Origin: an uncultured Eggerthellaceae bacterium
Lineage (GTDB): Bacteria; Actinomycetota; Coriobacteriia; Coriobacteriales; Eggerthellaceae
DNA length: 64,000 nt
NCBI GenBank assembly: GCA_910577495.1
Contig: CAJTML010000002.1
Coordinates: forward strand, 4,503 to 68,502
Reading direction: 5' to 3'
A model generated the notes under the pieces. It did no database searches. It saw nothing but the letters and a program-made list of their open reading frames with translations, and was not told the DNA's origin. A program made the translations under genes and the position numbers. This document shows, piece by piece, positions 46,796-57,724 of this stretch; the first letter of the stretch is position 1; each line of letters begins with the position of its first letter.

Positions 46796-48208
46796 ATGCC
46801 CGCAGCGCAGCCCTACAATCCGGATTTTGCTCCCGAAGTACCTCGAGATCAGAATCAAAAAATTGATCCGCAAAATATTGATGCTGAGAAATCGGTGTTG
46901 GCTGCGTGCATGCTGTCACAAGACGCTATTGATGAGGTCATTGCAAAGTTGGTGCCGCAAAACTTCTATCGCTTTGCGCATCAAACTATCTTTTCCTCTA
47001 TGCTGGATTTGCAGCAGCGCCATATCCCCATTGACCATATTTCGTTAGCTGACAACCTCAAAGCCCAAGGACAACTGGAAAGCATTGGCGGACGAGCCTA
47101 TTTAGCAGAGCTTGCTGACTTTACCTCAGCGCTTACCAATTGGAGAAACCACGCTGACATCGTGAAGCGCACCTCTATGCTTCGCGATCTGTCTCGTGCA
47201 GGTTCTGCTATTTCAGCGCTTGCCTACGATGCACCTGATGATCTGGACGTGGTGGTTGAAGAGGCGGAAAAGACGCTCTTTGGCGTCACAGAAAAACGCG
47301 TATCATCCTCGTTTGAGAAGATGGATGTGCTTGTACAGAATGCCTACTGCTCCATTCAAGAACTCAAGCGTAACAAGGGCCAGTTTGCTGGCGTACCGAG
47401 CGGATTTGCTGACATTGATAACTTGTTCGGTGGATTCCGTGGGGGAGAGCTCATCATTTTGGCAGCTCGTCCGGCAGTCGGTAAAACCGCCTTCGCCCTC
47501 AACTTGGCTACCAACGCTGCACGCATGGGTTCCACGGTTGCATTTCTTTCTTTGGAAATGTCGAAAGAGCAGATCGTGCAACGTATATTGGCGGCCGAAG
47601 CACGCATTGCGCTGAGCAATATCAGGTCGGGCAACATTACTGATGCTGATGAAGGCGCCATTATTCAAGCGGCCAGCACGGTATCCATGTTGCCGATGTT
47701 TTTGGATGACACCACCAATTTATCTATTTTGGAGTTGCGTGCGAAAGCGCGCCGTGAGCTGCGTGGTATAGACAAAGGCATCATCATTGTTGACTACCTG
47801 CAGCTCATGCAGCCGCCGCGAAGCCGATCAGACGGAAACCGCGCCGTTGAGGTTGCTGAGATTTCACGTGGTTTGAAGGTTCTGGCAAAAGAACTAAATA
47901 TGCCAGTTATTGCGCTGTCGCAGCTCAGCCGCAGTATTGAGCAACGCGGCAAAGACAAGCGCCCCATGCTTTCAGACCTGCGCGAATCTGGCGCTATTGA
48001 GCAAGACGCCGACATCGTTATGTTTCTAGATCGAAGCACCTCCGAGGAAGAGGCGCTCCTTGATTCACGCCCTGACCTGGGAACCGCAAAACTTATCGTG
48101 GCAAAACACCGTAATGGTGCCACGCGCGACATTACGCTTTCGTTTGTGCCTGAGTTCACCAAGTTCGGTGACTACTACGACGAATCGCGTATTGTGCAAT
48201 ATGAATAG
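46796..48208 (+). CDS. dnaB: Replicative DNA helicase DnaB
   Basis: ATG 7 nt after AAAAGGAG; the listed TTG at 46769 is less likely. Motifs …AEKSVLAACM…, Walker A ARPAVGKTAFALN, …ALSQLSR…, …IVAKHRNG…. Confidence 0.93.
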   Translation: MPAAQPYNPDFAPEVPRDQNQKIDPQNIDAEKSVLAACMLSQDAIDEVIAKLVPQNFYRFAHQTIFSSMLDLQQRHIPIDHISLADNLKAQGQLESIGGRAYLAELADFTSALTNWRNHADIVKRTSMLRDLSRAGSAISALAYDAPDDLDVVVEEAEKTLFGVTEKRVSSSFEKMDVLVQNAYCSIQELKRNKGQFAGVPSGFADIDNLFGGFRGGELIILAARPAVGKTAFALNLATNAARMGSTVAFLSLEMSKEQIVQRILAAEARIALSNIRSGNITDADEGAIIQAASTVSMLPMFLDDTTNLSILELRAKARRELRGIDKGIIIVDYLQLMQPPRSRSDGNRAVEVAEISRGLKVLAKELNMPVIALSQLSRSIEQRGKDKRPMLSDLRESGAIEQDADIVMFLDRSTSEEEALLDSRPDLGTAKLIVAKHRNGATRDITLSFVPEFTKFGDYYDESRIVQYE

Positions 48209-48216
48209 AGCGTCCC

Positions 48217-49503
48217 ATGGAGTCCAAAGTCACCTTCATCCATGCTGCTGACCTGCATTTAGGTGCGCCTTTTCGCGGGCTGCGGGCGGTATCTGATGAA
48301 TGGGCAACGCGTCTCACACATGCGCTCTACGAAGCGTATGATCGTGTGATAGCTGCAGCGCTTGAGCGTGCGGTGGATTTTGTGGTGATTGGCGGAGACT
48401 CCTTCGACCTCTCAGAAACCTCCTACGGTGACTACCTGCATTTCGTGACGGGACTCAAGAAGCTTGAAGCGGCGAATATCCCCGTCTTTATTGTGGCAGG
48501 CAATCATGATCCGCTGACATCATGGCAGCACGACTATTTTGAATTACCGGCAAACACGACGCTTTTTTCTGCAGACCGTCCCAATTTCGCCCTCGTGCGA
48601 AAAGCGGGACAGCCACTCTGCATTATTGGGGGGCGCAGCTACTTTAATCAAACCTGGCCAGAAGACGTTTCCATTGCGGAGGGCATCACGCGCTCGGCTG
48701 CCCGTGAAACGCTTCGCCCGACCAATCCAGATATTGATCAGGCGCCCTTCGCCATTGGACTTATCCACTCAGGACTCAACTTGGATCCGTATAAAGCGCC
48801 AACGACGCCTACCGAACTTGAGCGCTCGGGGATGGATTATTGGGCGCTTGGGCATGTGCACATGCTTTATTTGTGGCCAGATGCGCACGACCCGCGCATT
48901 GTTTTTTCGGGCTGTATCCAGGGACGCGACATCAAAGAGACCGGTCCGCGTGGCGTGTACGAAGTGACCCTTCGCGTGAATGCACCCGTCAAGCTTTCGT
49001 TCATCCCGACGGCGTCGGTGGTGTGGCAGCAGCTTGAGGTGGATGTGTATGATTGCGCCAATGTGCTGGATATCCAAAACAAAATCATGCGCGAGCTGTT
49101 CCGCGTGAATGGCAAAGCGCGCTGCGAAGAGATGATTTCGCGCATCACGCTGGTGGGCGCAACGCCGCTGTGTCGCTTCTTGGAAAATGAGACCACCCTG
49201 GAAGACTTGCGTGTCAACCTCAACGAGACCTACCCGTCGTTTTTCTGCGACGCCATCATCAACAAAACCATGATGCCGCTTGATAGAAGCAAACTTGCCG
49301 CGGAAGGCCTGTTCCCAAGCGTGTTTATGCGCATCGCTTCCGAGCAGCAGGCATCTGCCGATGATGAGCTCTACTATCTGGAAGAGGCGTTTACGCAACG
49401 CAACCTGTCGTCGTTGTTGACGCGGCTTAAAGATGTGGACGAGCTGGCCTCGGAAGCCGAAACGCTCGTGCTTGATTTGCTGACAAAGGATGATCGCTCA
49501 TGA
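48217..49503 (+). CDS. SbcD/YhaO-like metallophosphoesterase (DNA repair exonuclease family)
   Basis: FIHAADLHLG, VVIGGDSFD, VAGNHD, ALGHVH. Confidence 0.8.
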   Translation: MESKVTFIHAADLHLGAPFRGLRAVSDEWATRLTHALYEAYDRVIAAALERAVDFVVIGGDSFDLSETSYGDYLHFVTGLKKLEAANIPVFIVAGNHDPLTSWQHDYFELPANTTLFSADRPNFALVRKAGQPLCIIGGRSYFNQTWPEDVSIAEGITRSAARETLRPTNPDIDQAPFAIGLIHSGLNLDPYKAPTTPTELERSGMDYWALGHVHMLYLWPDAHDPRIVFSGCIQGRDIKETGPRGVYEVTLRVNAPVKLSFIPTASVVWQQLEVDVYDCANVLDIQNKIMRELFRVNGKARCEEMISRITLVGATPLCRFLENETTLEDLRVNLNETYPSFFCDAIINKTMMPLDRSKLAAEGLFPSVFMRIASEQQASADDELYYLEEAFTQRNLSSLLTRLKDVDELASEAETLVLDLLTKDDRS

Positions 49504-51671
49504 GTTCGTGGTTTTTAGAGCGCATCCATATGCTGGCGTTTGGCGCGTTTTCGCAAAAATACGTCGGTCCACTCAAATCGGGCATGAACGTGGTGTATGG
49601 CAAAAACGAAACCGGCAAAACTACCGTAGCCACGTTTGTATCCAGCGTGCTGTTTGGCTGGCCGCGCACGTCAGTTAACCAAAACGACTACAAGCCGCTT
49701 GATGGCCAGCGCGCTGGAACGCTGTACTTTGAAAGCGCGGATGGCGAAGAAGCCCACCTGGCTCGTAACCGCACGTCAACCGAGGTGCAAGGGGACACGT
49801 GGCTGTTAGACGACATCGACAAAGAAACCTTCGCAACTATTTTCTCACTCACCAGTGACGAGCTGCGCTCGCTGGCGAACACCTCAGACATCACGGCGAA
49901 GCTGCTCACTGCCGGTGCGGGAACGGCATCGTCTCCGGCGCATGCACTTCGGTCGGTACAGAAGCGCATTGACGAATATACGTCGAAGTCAAGCGCGCAT
50001 GAGCATTCCTTGGTGCTGCTGCGCGCTCAACAAAAAGAGGTTCGCGCTCACATTGCGCAAGCAGCTGAAGAGGCAAATCGCTTAAAGCATAAGGACAAAG
50101 AGTTTCATGACCTGGCCGAAGAGCGAGACGATGTGCGGTGCCGCCTCAGTGATTTGCAGATAGAACTATCTGAGTTGACGGCATGCAAGGTGTCGCTTGA
50201 GCACGCCCTTGAGGACAAGGATCGCAGCCAGCGTCGCATTGCTGATCTTCGCCAAAAAGAAGAAGGCGTGGCGCGTGAGCGTGCCTACAGTCAGGTGGAC
50301 AAAGATCCGCTGGTGGGACTTACCGAGCAACAAGACCGATCATTGCGCGATATGATTGCGCGGTTTGAGGAAGAGAAAAAGCGTCACGACCGCGCAGTTG
50401 ACCTGGCCGAAAATGATTATGCGAACTCGCTTGCGGCATATGATGCAAGTCATGAGCGCGTTGATGAGCGGGAAGCGGCACAGCATGCGCGTCGGGTGCG
50501 TGGGGTACAGATTGCTCTGTCGGTCTTTTTCCCGCTGCTCTTTATTGGAGCGGGTATCCCGCTGTTCATTCACGGACGCACCATCTCAAGCATGTCGTTT
50601 ACGGCGCTGGGTGCGGGTCTTGTGCTCTTTTCGCTCATCTTGGCACTGGCAGCTTTGGTCATGCTGTTCAGATCTGGCGGCCAGCCCATCACGCGCGAAG
50701 ACGCGCAAGAGTCAAGCGAATGGGTGCTTCGCAAAGATAAAAAGAAGCTGGAAGTACTGACTCATAAGCGGCAGGCGTTTTTGGACAAGATAAAGGCTGA
50801 GCTGGATAGCGCTGGACTTGAGCGAGCAGCGGGGTCGCTTTTTGAGGCACGCGCGCTTTTGGATCAGGCGCGGGAGCTGCGTGCTCAGCGCGATCGGTTT
50901 GAATTGGAGGCGCAGTCCCTGGTCAGCCGTCGAACGGAATACGAAAAGCGCTTGGCAGAAGCCACGCAAGATTTGCAAGCACTCTGCGAAGAACACGAGC
51001 TTGATCCGTTGCAGCCCACCATTTCGGCTGAAGTGACGTTCCAGCGCAAAGAGCAACAACGCGAGAGCCTCCAAACGCTCAGCCAAAATCTTGATAGGCG
51101 CTATGGCGAACTCAAACAAGAGCTCTTCGCAGTGCAAGACCAGATGGAGCTGGCTGACCTTAAGTTGAAAAACGAGCAGCTCACCACCCGCATTAACGAA
51201 AGCACCGAAGCGCTAGCGCGGCTTTTGTTGGCAAAACGCATGCTTGAAGGCGCCATTGCGGCATGGGATGAGACGTCGCAGCCAGAAGTGTATCGGCGCG
51301 CAAGTGAGCTCTTTGAGCTCATGACTGATGGCGCGTGGACCAAGATTTCGCTGGCACAAGATGGTCGGCTGCAGGTCACCAACGCGCTCAAACTGACGCG
51401 CGAGCCGAAAGAGCTGTCGCTGGGAACGTGCCAGCAGATGTATTTGGCACTGCGCATTGCGCTTTTGATGACCGCAGAAAACGTGGGCGCGGCGTTGCCG
51501 GTGCTGGCAGATGACATCCTGGTGAACTTCGACAACACCCGACGAGTCGGCGCGGCTAAAGCACTGATGGAGCTGGCGCGCGTTCGCCAAGTGATCCTGT
51601 TTACCTGTCACGAAGAGGTCCTTGATGCACTTCGTCTCACAGGTTGTGAACTCAACGAATTAACACTTTAG
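49500..51671 (+). CDS. SbcC/YhaN-like AAA/ABC-type ATPase with long coiled coils and an internal two-helix hydrophobic hairpin
   Basis: Walker [10 protein letters not shown]. Extended heptad-like E/R/L/Q-rich regions. Hydrophobic [20 protein letters not shown] and [24 protein letters not shown]. Signature-like [17 protein letters not shown]. Walker [14 protein letters not shown]. The start overlaps the upstream stop (ATGA). Confidence 0.75.
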   Translation: MSSWFLERIHMLAFGAFSQKYVGPLKSGMNVVYGKNETGKTTVATFVSSVLFGWPRTSVNQNDYKPLDGQRAGTLYFESADGEEAHLARNRTSTEVQGDTWLLDDIDKETFATIFSLTSDELRSLANTSDITAKLLTAGAGTASSPAHALRSVQKRIDEYTSKSSAHEHSLVLLRAQQKEVRAHIAQAAEEANRLKHKDKEFHDLAEERDDVRCRLSDLQIELSELTACKVSLEHALEDKDRSQRRIADLRQKEEGVARERAYSQVDKDPLVGLTEQQDRSLRDMIARFEEEKKRHDRAVDLAENDYANSLAAYDASHERVDEREAAQHARRVRGVQIALSVFFPLLFIGAGIPLFIHGRTISSMSFTALGAGLVLFSLILALAALVMLFRSGGQPITREDAQESSEWVLRKDKKKLEVLTHKRQAFLDKIKAELDSAGLERAAGSLFEARALLDQARELRAQRDRFELEAQSLVSRRTEYEKRLAEATQDLQALCEEHELDPLQPTISAEVTFQRKEQQRESLQTLSQNLDRRYGELKQELFAVQDQMELADLKLKNEQLTTRINESTEALARLLLAKRMLEGAIAAWDETSQPEVYRRASELFELMTDGAWTKISLAQDGRLQVTNALKLTREPKELSLGTCQQMYLALRIALLMTAENVGAALPVLADDILVNFDNTRRVGAAKALMELARVRQVILFTCHEEVLDALRLTGCELNELTL

Positions 51672-51763
51672 GACACGCATATCCATACTATAATGCAAGG
51701 GTTGTAGGTAACAACCGAGGAGAACTGTTCGCCGTAAAGGCACAGCGAAAGGATGCATGCATC

Positions 51764-53080
51764 ATGCCAAGCACCGTGTTGGTTGGCGCCCAGTGGGGCG
51801 ATGAAGGCAAAGGCAAAATCACCGACCTGATTGCAAGCGATTATGATTACGTCGTGCGTTACCAAGGGGGTAACAACGCAGGACACACCGTCATCCATGG
51901 CGACAAAAAACTGGCGCTTCACTTGATGCCGTCGGGTGTTATGTATGATCATGCGGTGCCGGTCATTGGCAACGGCGTGGTGGTTGACCCCGGCGTGCTC
52001 ATCAAAGAGATGGCCATGCTTGAGGCTGAGGGCATCTCGTGCAAGAACCTCAAGATTTCGTGCGACGCGCATGTGATCATGCCGTATCACAAAGACTTGG
52101 ACGGCGCGGATGAAAAGCGCCTGGGCGAACACAAGATTGGCACCACCAAGCGTGGCATTGGACCGTGCTATCAGGATAAAGTGGCGCGCAAGGGCATTCG
52201 CATCCAAGACCTCATGGACGAAAAGATTTTCCGTCTCAAGGTTGAAACGGCGCTGGCGCAGAAAAACCCCATTCTCAAAAATATCTACGGTCTGCACACC
52301 TACACAGTGGATGAAATTTGCGAAGAGTACCTGCCGTACGCGCGCATTTTGAAGCAGTACATGGCTGAGACTGCGCAGCTGCTCAACGAGGCAGTTCGCG
52401 AAGATAAGTCAATCCTGTTTGAAGGAGCGCAGGGCACGCTTTTGGATATTGACCACGGCACCTATCCGTACGTGACCTCGTCATCATGCTGCGCAGGCGG
52501 CGCGTGCACGGGCACCGGCGTGGGACCGAAGGCCATTGATCGGGTGCTGGGCATTCAGAAAGCCTACGTTACCCGCGTTGGTGGCGGTCCTTTCCCCACT
52601 GAGCAGCGCTATCCCGAAGATGGCGGCACGGGCGAAGAAGCCATGGTGGGCGAAACCTTGTGCGAAGTAGGTCATGAGTTTGGTGTGACCACGGGTCGCA
52701 AGCGCCGCTGCGGCTGGTTCGACGCGGTCATCGCGCGCTACGCAGCTGAGGTAAATGGCCTGACCGACGTGGCACTCACAAAGCTGGACGTGCTTTCCGC
52801 CTTCGACACCATTAAGGTGTGCGTGGCCTATGAGTGCGACGGCAAGACTTATGATTACTTCCCGATGCAGCAAAGCGTGTTGTTCCACGCAAAACCGGTC
52901 TACGAAGAATTGCCGGGTTGGAAGGGCGTTGACATCACTGAGTGCCGTACGTTTGAGGAGTTGCCCGAAAACGCGCAGCGCTACGTTGAGTATATTGAGG
53001 AAGTTGCCGGTGTGCCGGTGACCATCATTGCAGTTGGACCTGACCGCGAGCAAACCATCATGCGCGGTTGGGATCGATAG
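51764..53080 (+). CDS. purA: Adenylosuccinate synthetase
   Basis: [17 protein letters not shown]..., [11 protein letters not shown]... Confidence 0.95.
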   Translation: MPSTVLVGAQWGDEGKGKITDLIASDYDYVVRYQGGNNAGHTVIHGDKKLALHLMPSGVMYDHAVPVIGNGVVVDPGVLIKEMAMLEAEGISCKNLKISCDAHVIMPYHKDLDGADEKRLGEHKIGTTKRGIGPCYQDKVARKGIRIQDLMDEKIFRLKVETALAQKNPILKNIYGLHTYTVDEICEEYLPYARILKQYMAETAQLLNEAVREDKSILFEGAQGTLLDIDHGTYPYVTSSSCCAGGACTGTGVGPKAIDRVLGIQKAYVTRVGGGPFPTEQRYPEDGGTGEEAMVGETLCEVGHEFGVTTGRKRRCGWFDAVIARYAAEVNGLTDVALTKLDVLSAFDTIKVCVAYECDGKTYDYFPMQQSVLFHAKPVYEELPGWKGVDITECRTFEELPENAQRYVEYIEEVAGVPVTIIAVGPDREQTIMRGWDR

Positions 53081-53108
53081 TTCACTGACAAGCTGAAAGG
53101 CCTGATGT

Positions 53109-54401
53109 ATGAACATTTTAGTGTTAGGCGGCGGCGGCCGAGAACATGCCATAACGTGGGCGTTGGCGAAAAGCCCGCGCACTGATGAGTTGTTTGTTGC
53201 TCCAGGTAACGGTGGCACGGATGCGCTGGCCACCAACGTTTCTGACTTGGATGCATGTGATGCTGATGCGGTGCTGGCTTTCGCCAAAGAGCACAACATT
53301 GAGCTGGTCGTAATCGGTCCGGAGGCTCCGCTGGTTGCGGGCGTGGCTGATGTATTGCGCGCGGCGGGCATTGCGGTGTTCGGTCCGGACGCGCAGGGCG
53401 CGCAGCTTGAAGGCAGCAAGGCGTACAGCAAGGCGTTCATGGAGGCCAACGACATCCCGACGGCCAAATATGCAACGTTCACTGAACTTGAGCCGGCGCT
53501 GGCATACGTTCGCGAACTGGGCGCTCCGATTGTAGTGAAGGCTGACGGTCTTGCCGCAGGTAAGGGCGTTATTGTGGCCGAGGAACTGGAAGATGCTGAG
53601 GAGGCCGTGCAAGATTGCTTCAGCGGTGCTTTTGGCGAAGCAGGAAATCGCGTGGTTATTGAGGAGTGCTTGACCGGGCCTGAGTGCTCGCTTTTGGCAT
53701 TTGTGTCCAATGGCCAGGCGCATTGCATGACCACGGCGCAAGATCACAAGCGTGCCTTCGATGGCGACCTTGGCCCCAACACCGGTGGCATGGGTGTGTA
53801 TTCGCCCGTTCCGATTGTGACTGCCGAAGAGTTGGCTGAGATGCGTGAGATCATGCAGCGCTCGGCCGAGGCAACCGCGCGCGAGCCGTTTGAGTCGGAC
53901 TATCGCGGCGTGTTGTACGGCGGCTTTATGTTGACGCCGGAAGGCCCGAAGGTGCTGGAGTTTAACGCGCGCTTCGGAGACCCGGAGACGCAGGTTGTCC
54001 TGCCGCGCCTTGAGACTGATCTGGTGGACATCATGATGGCGGTTGCTGAAGGCAGGCCGCAAGACATTGAGCTTGAATGGCAAGATCAGTGGGCGGTTTG
54101 CGTGGTTTTGGCAAGCGAGGGTTATCCCGGCGCTTACGAAAAAGGCAAGGTCATCTTGGGTGTTGACGAAGCCGAAGCCATTGATGGCGTGACGGTGTTT
54201 CATGCGGGGACCGCGAAAAACTATGACGATGAGCTGGTGACCGCAGGTGGTCGCGTGCTCAACGTGGTGGCTCTGGGTGACACGTTTGAAGAAGCGCGCG
54301 AAAAAGCCTATGAGGCATGTGCGCTCATCAACTTCGAAGGCAAGCAGTATCGCAGCGATATCGGTAAGCGCGCCTCGCTTGGCAGAGAGGCGTGGGCATA
54401 A
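53109..54401 (+). CDS. purD: Phosphoribosylamine--glycine ligase
   Basis: MNILVLGGGGREHAITWAL..., with an ATP-grasp body. Confidence 0.95.
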   Translation: MNILVLGGGGREHAITWALAKSPRTDELFVAPGNGGTDALATNVSDLDACDADAVLAFAKEHNIELVVIGPEAPLVAGVADVLRAAGIAVFGPDAQGAQLEGSKAYSKAFMEANDIPTAKYATFTELEPALAYVRELGAPIVVKADGLAAGKGVIVAEELEDAEEAVQDCFSGAFGEAGNRVVIEECLTGPECSLLAFVSNGQAHCMTTAQDHKRAFDGDLGPNTGGMGVYSPVPIVTAEELAEMREIMQRSAEATAREPFESDYRGVLYGGFMLTPEGPKVLEFNARFGDPETQVVLPRLETDLVDIMMAVAEGRPQDIELEWQDQWAVCVVLASEGYPGAYEKGKVILGVDEAEAIDGVTVFHAGTAKNYDDELVTAGGRVLNVVALGDTFEEAREKAYEACALINFEGKQYRSDIGKRASLGREAWA

Positions 54402-54403
54402 GG

Positions 54404-55765
54404 ATGCTATCAGAACGCCTGCTCAGTACCGTCGTTAGAGGCTGCACCAATCAATACCTTCGCTTAAAGCCATGCGAAGAAACGCATATTCCGGCTCCGG
54501 TACCAGGTCAGCCGTATATGCTCTATATGCACGTGCCGTTTTGCGAGCGTTTGTGCCCGTACTGCTCGTTTAACCGCTTCCCGTTTGCGGAAGATCGCGC
54601 GCGGCCCTACTTCGCCAATATGCGCAAAGAGATGCTTATGCTCAAAGAGCTTGGCTATGACTTTGACAGCGTCTACATTGGCGGCGGCACGCCAACCATC
54701 ATGCTTGATGAGTTGTGCGAGACTATTGATCTGGCGCGCGAGACGTTTTCCATCAAGGAAGTTTCCAGCGAGACGAACCCTAACCATCTGATTCCGGAGT
54801 ATCTGGATAAGTTGCAGGGGCGTGTGCAGCGTCTGAGCGTGGGCGTGCAGAGTTTTGATAACGGCCTGCTCAAGCAGATGGATCGCTATGAAAAGTATGG
54901 CAGTGGCGAAGAAATCTTGGAGCGTATCCAGGAGGCAAGTCCGTACTTTACCTCGCTGAACGTGGATATGATTTTCAACTTCCCGGCGCAGACCGAAGAC
55001 ATCTTGATTAGCGATATTGAGCGTGTGGTAGAAAGCAACACTTCGCAGACGACGTTTTATCCGCTAATGGCCTCGCCGAGCGTGGAGCGCTCGCTTGCGC
55101 GCACGGTGGGCAAAGTTGACTACGCACGTGAGCAGCTGTTTTACGAGATTATTGACGAGTTGCTGGCTGGCGGAGACAACCCACTGTTTACGCACGGCAG
55201 CGCGTGGACGTTCAATCGCAACACGGGTGTGGGCGATGCGGGCGCGTCCCATGACGAGACGCTGCTGGAAGCGGGTGCTCCGGTGGCAGAGCCGCGTGGC
55301 ATGATTGACGAGTACGTGGTGGATTACGAAGAGTACCCCGCCATTGGTAGCGGTGGCATCACCTACTTGGGCGAGACGCTCTACGTCAACACGTTTTCGG
55401 TGGTGGATTACAACAAAGCCATTGAAAGCGGCAAGATGTCACTCATGGGCAAGGCGAAGTTCTCCAAAAAGCAGCGCATGCGCTACCGCTTCATGATGCA
55501 GCTGTTTGGCCTTCGTCTTGATAAAGTGCAGTTCAAGCGTGATTTTGGCTGCTCAGTTGAAGCGGGACTTCCCGCTGAGATGGCGTTCATGATGGCTAAC
55601 GGCGCCTTCGCCACCAACACCCCCGAGGAGCTCACGCTGACTCCCAAGGGGCGTTATCTGATGGTGGTTATGATGCGTCAGTTCTTTGTGGGCGTGAATA
55701 ATCTGCGCGATCAAGCGCGCGCGGCGCTCACGGGCGAAGAGCGCACGCTTATTTTTGGTGAGTAG
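54404..55765 (+). CDS. HemN/HemW-like coproporphyrinogen-III-oxidase-family radical SAM protein
   Basis: YMHVPFCERLCPYCSFN, YIGGGTPT. The start is uncertain (GTG 54392 or ATG 54404). Confidence 0.75.
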   Translation: MLSERLLSTVVRGCTNQYLRLKPCEETHIPAPVPGQPYMLYMHVPFCERLCPYCSFNRFPFAEDRARPYFANMRKEMLMLKELGYDFDSVYIGGGTPTIMLDELCETIDLARETFSIKEVSSETNPNHLIPEYLDKLQGRVQRLSVGVQSFDNGLLKQMDRYEKYGSGEEILERIQEASPYFTSLNVDMIFNFPAQTEDILISDIERVVESNTSQTTFYPLMASPSVERSLARTVGKVDYAREQLFYEIIDELLAGGDNPLFTHGSAWTFNRNTGVGDAGASHDETLLEAGAPVAEPRGMIDEYVVDYEEYPAIGSGGITYLGETLYVNTFSVVDYNKAIESGKMSLMGKAKFSKKQRMRYRFMMQLFGLRLDKVQFKRDFGCSVEAGLPAEMAFMMANGAFATNTPEELTLTPKGRYLMVVMMRQFFVGVNNLRDQARAALTGEERTLIFGE

Positions 55766-56234
55766 CTTTCTTGCAGCATTTCTCTGGGCGTTGGCGGATT
55801 AATTCGTAGTCGACGCCCATTTCTTGGCACTGCTCAATAATCTTGTTGGTGAGTTTGTCCAGTTGGCGGATTTCCTTCTTGGATAACTTCGCCAAAATTT
55901 CATTCGCGGTGCGATTCTCGGCCGCAAAGCGCTTCTGCAGGATTTCGCTTCCCTTCGCGGTGAGCGTGCAGGTGAACCCCTTTTTGTTCGCTTTGATGGT
56001 GACATATCCATTGCGGCAGGCCTTTTTAGCCACGGCAACTGCCTGTTTGTTATCCCAGCGCAAAATCTTTTTGATCTGCTTCTTTGACAGTGAGCCGTTG
56101 CCGAATTTGTCGATAACTTTCAGCAGCGCGCCTTGGCCGCGCGTGTAGCTTTTCGGGCCATCTTTGTGAAATGCCAGCTTGGAGTAGTTGGCGGCGCGCT
56201 TGAGATTCATGAGCGTTTTGGTTGCTTCAGCCAT
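55749..56234 (-). CDS. MarR-like winged-helix transcriptional regulator
   Basis: The ATG at 56234 follows GAGG by 5 nt; the ORF is open to 56363. …RGQGALLKVIDKFGNGSLSKKQIKKIL…GYVTIKANKKGFTCTLTAKGSEIL… It overlaps the hemN-like 3' end convergently by 17 nt. Confidence 0.55.
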   Translation of the reverse strand: MAEATKTLMNLKRAANYSKLAFHKDGPKSYTRGQGALLKVIDKFGNGSLSKKQIKKILRWDNKQAVAVAKKACRNGYVTIKANKKGFTCTLTAKGSEILQKRFAAENRTANEILAKLSKKEIRQLDKLTNKIIEQCQEMGVDYELIRQRPEKCCKKATHQK

Positions 56235-56429
56235 GATTGCCTCGATTCGGGTTTGATTCGTGTTGTTGGTGGGCTTGCGCGCAAGCTCGCGGATATCTAA
56301 CTTAACGCCCACGCGCGCGGGACGGGCAAGAGAATCGCGAAGTTGTTTCAAGTTGTTTCCCAATAGTCACGATCGGGTGGCTTTTGTGACCTAGAATGAA
56401 ACCAGGCTAGTAAACGAGAGGCGGCAATC

Positions 56430-57656
56430 ATGATTGTGCTGGTAGTAAACGCGGGGAGCTCCACCCTCAAGTGTCAATTGATTCAAACTGACGGCAAGGT
56501 TCGCCTCATGAAGTGTTTGGCCGAGCGCATTGGGGACGCGGACGCGGTCATGGATGTGGCCTTCGCGCCGGATTTTGAGAAGCAGGCTTTTGACGTTGCG
56601 GGCTTGAGCGTTGAGCAGTGTTTGGAGAAGCTGCTTGAACTTTTGGCGAACGATCCGGCCTCTCCGATTGAAAGTCTCTCTGAGATTCAAGCTATCGGTA
56701 GCCGCATTGTGGCTGGTGGCGAATACTTTTCTGCGTCGGTGTTGGTGGACGACGACGCCTTTGAGAAGCTACGGCTTTGCGAAGAATTGGCACCGCTGCA
56801 CAACCCGCATGCTGACGCGTGTATTGCGCTTCTGCGCGAGAAGCTGCCCACGGTGCCGCAGGCGGCCGTTTTTGACACCGCGTTTCACCAGACCATGCCA
56901 CCGAAAGCCTACATGTATCCGCTGCCGATGCGCTACTACGACGAGTATCGCATTCGTCGCTATGGTGCGCATGGCACGTCGCATCGCTACGCTGCAGCTC
57001 AGGCGGCACATTTGTTGGGACGCCCGCTTGAGGATCTGGGCATTATCACGTGTCACTTGGGTAGCGGCGGTTCCATTACTGCGGTCAATCATGGCGAATC
57101 CATTGACACGACCATGGGTTTTACGCCGCTTGAGGGACTCATGATGGGTACGCGCTCAGGCTCTATTGATCCGGCTATTGTGACCTACATTATGCGTCGC
57201 GAAGGCATCAGCTTCGACGAAATGGATCGGATTCTGAATAAGGATTCCGGCATTTTAGGTGTGTCGGGACTGAGTAGCGACATGCGCACCGTGCTTGCCG
57301 CAGCTGATGAAGGCAACGAGGACGCCGAGCTTGCGGTGGACATGTATGTGTACAAGGTGCAAAAAGCAATCGGGTCGTTTTACGCTGCCATGACGCGCAC
57401 TGACGCGGTGGTTATGACGGCGGGTATTGGCGAAAACTCAGCTGAACTGCGCGAGCGCATTTTCGCCGGACTGGCGCACATGGGCATGATCTTGGACAAA
57501 GAGAAAAACCAGGTGGAAGGCGCAATTGGTGTGAACCGCATCGTCTCTATTGATGACAGCCCCATCAAAATTTGCGTGGTCACCACCGACGAAGAGATGC
57601 GTATTGCTCGCGAGACTGACGCGCTCGTGACCGAGCAGGAGAACGCCCGCGCGTAA
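56430..57656 (+). CDS. ackA: Acetate kinase
   Basis: MIVLVVNAGSSTLKCQL..., RRYGAHGTSH..., CHLGSGGS... Confidence 0.95.
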   Translation: MIVLVVNAGSSTLKCQLIQTDGKVRLMKCLAERIGDADAVMDVAFAPDFEKQAFDVAGLSVEQCLEKLLELLANDPASPIESLSEIQAIGSRIVAGGEYFSASVLVDDDAFEKLRLCEELAPLHNPHADACIALLREKLPTVPQAAVFDTAFHQTMPPKAYMYPLPMRYYDEYRIRRYGAHGTSHRYAAAQAAHLLGRPLEDLGIITCHLGSGGSITAVNHGESIDTTMGFTPLEGLMMGTRSGSIDPAIVTYIMRREGISFDEMDRILNKDSGILGVSGLSSDMRTVLAAADEGNEDAELAVDMYVYKVQKAIGSFYAAMTRTDAVVMTAGIGENSAELRERIFAGLAHMGMILDKEKNQVEGAIGVNRIVSIDDSPIKICVVTTDEEMRIARETDALVTEQENARA

Positions 57657-57700
57657 TGCGCAGACATTTTCGCCCGACAGCAGATACAACAAATACAATA

Positions 57701-57716
57701 GGTTTCACGTGAAAAC
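57701..57716. promoter_or_regulatory. Degenerate parS-like site, 13/16 (12-bp palindromic core intact)
   Basis: GGTTTCACGTGAAAAC between the convergent ackA and MerR-like genes. Confidence 0.45.
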
Positions 57717-57724
57717 TTGAAGCC

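Noticed and set aside
51672-51763. Possible purine riboswitch upstream of purA
   Set aside because: A TATAAT hexamer is present (51689..51694). However, the 92-nt leader lacks the conserved three-way-junction core sequences of the purine riboswitch and is too short.
52484-54203. Long minus-strand ORFs (52484..53734, 416 aa; 53124..54203, 359 aa) antisense to purA/purD
   Set aside because: They fully overlap unmistakable purA/purD genes. Their products are Ala/Arg/Ser/Pro-rich with no recognisable motifs. This is typical of shadow ORFs in high-GC DNA.
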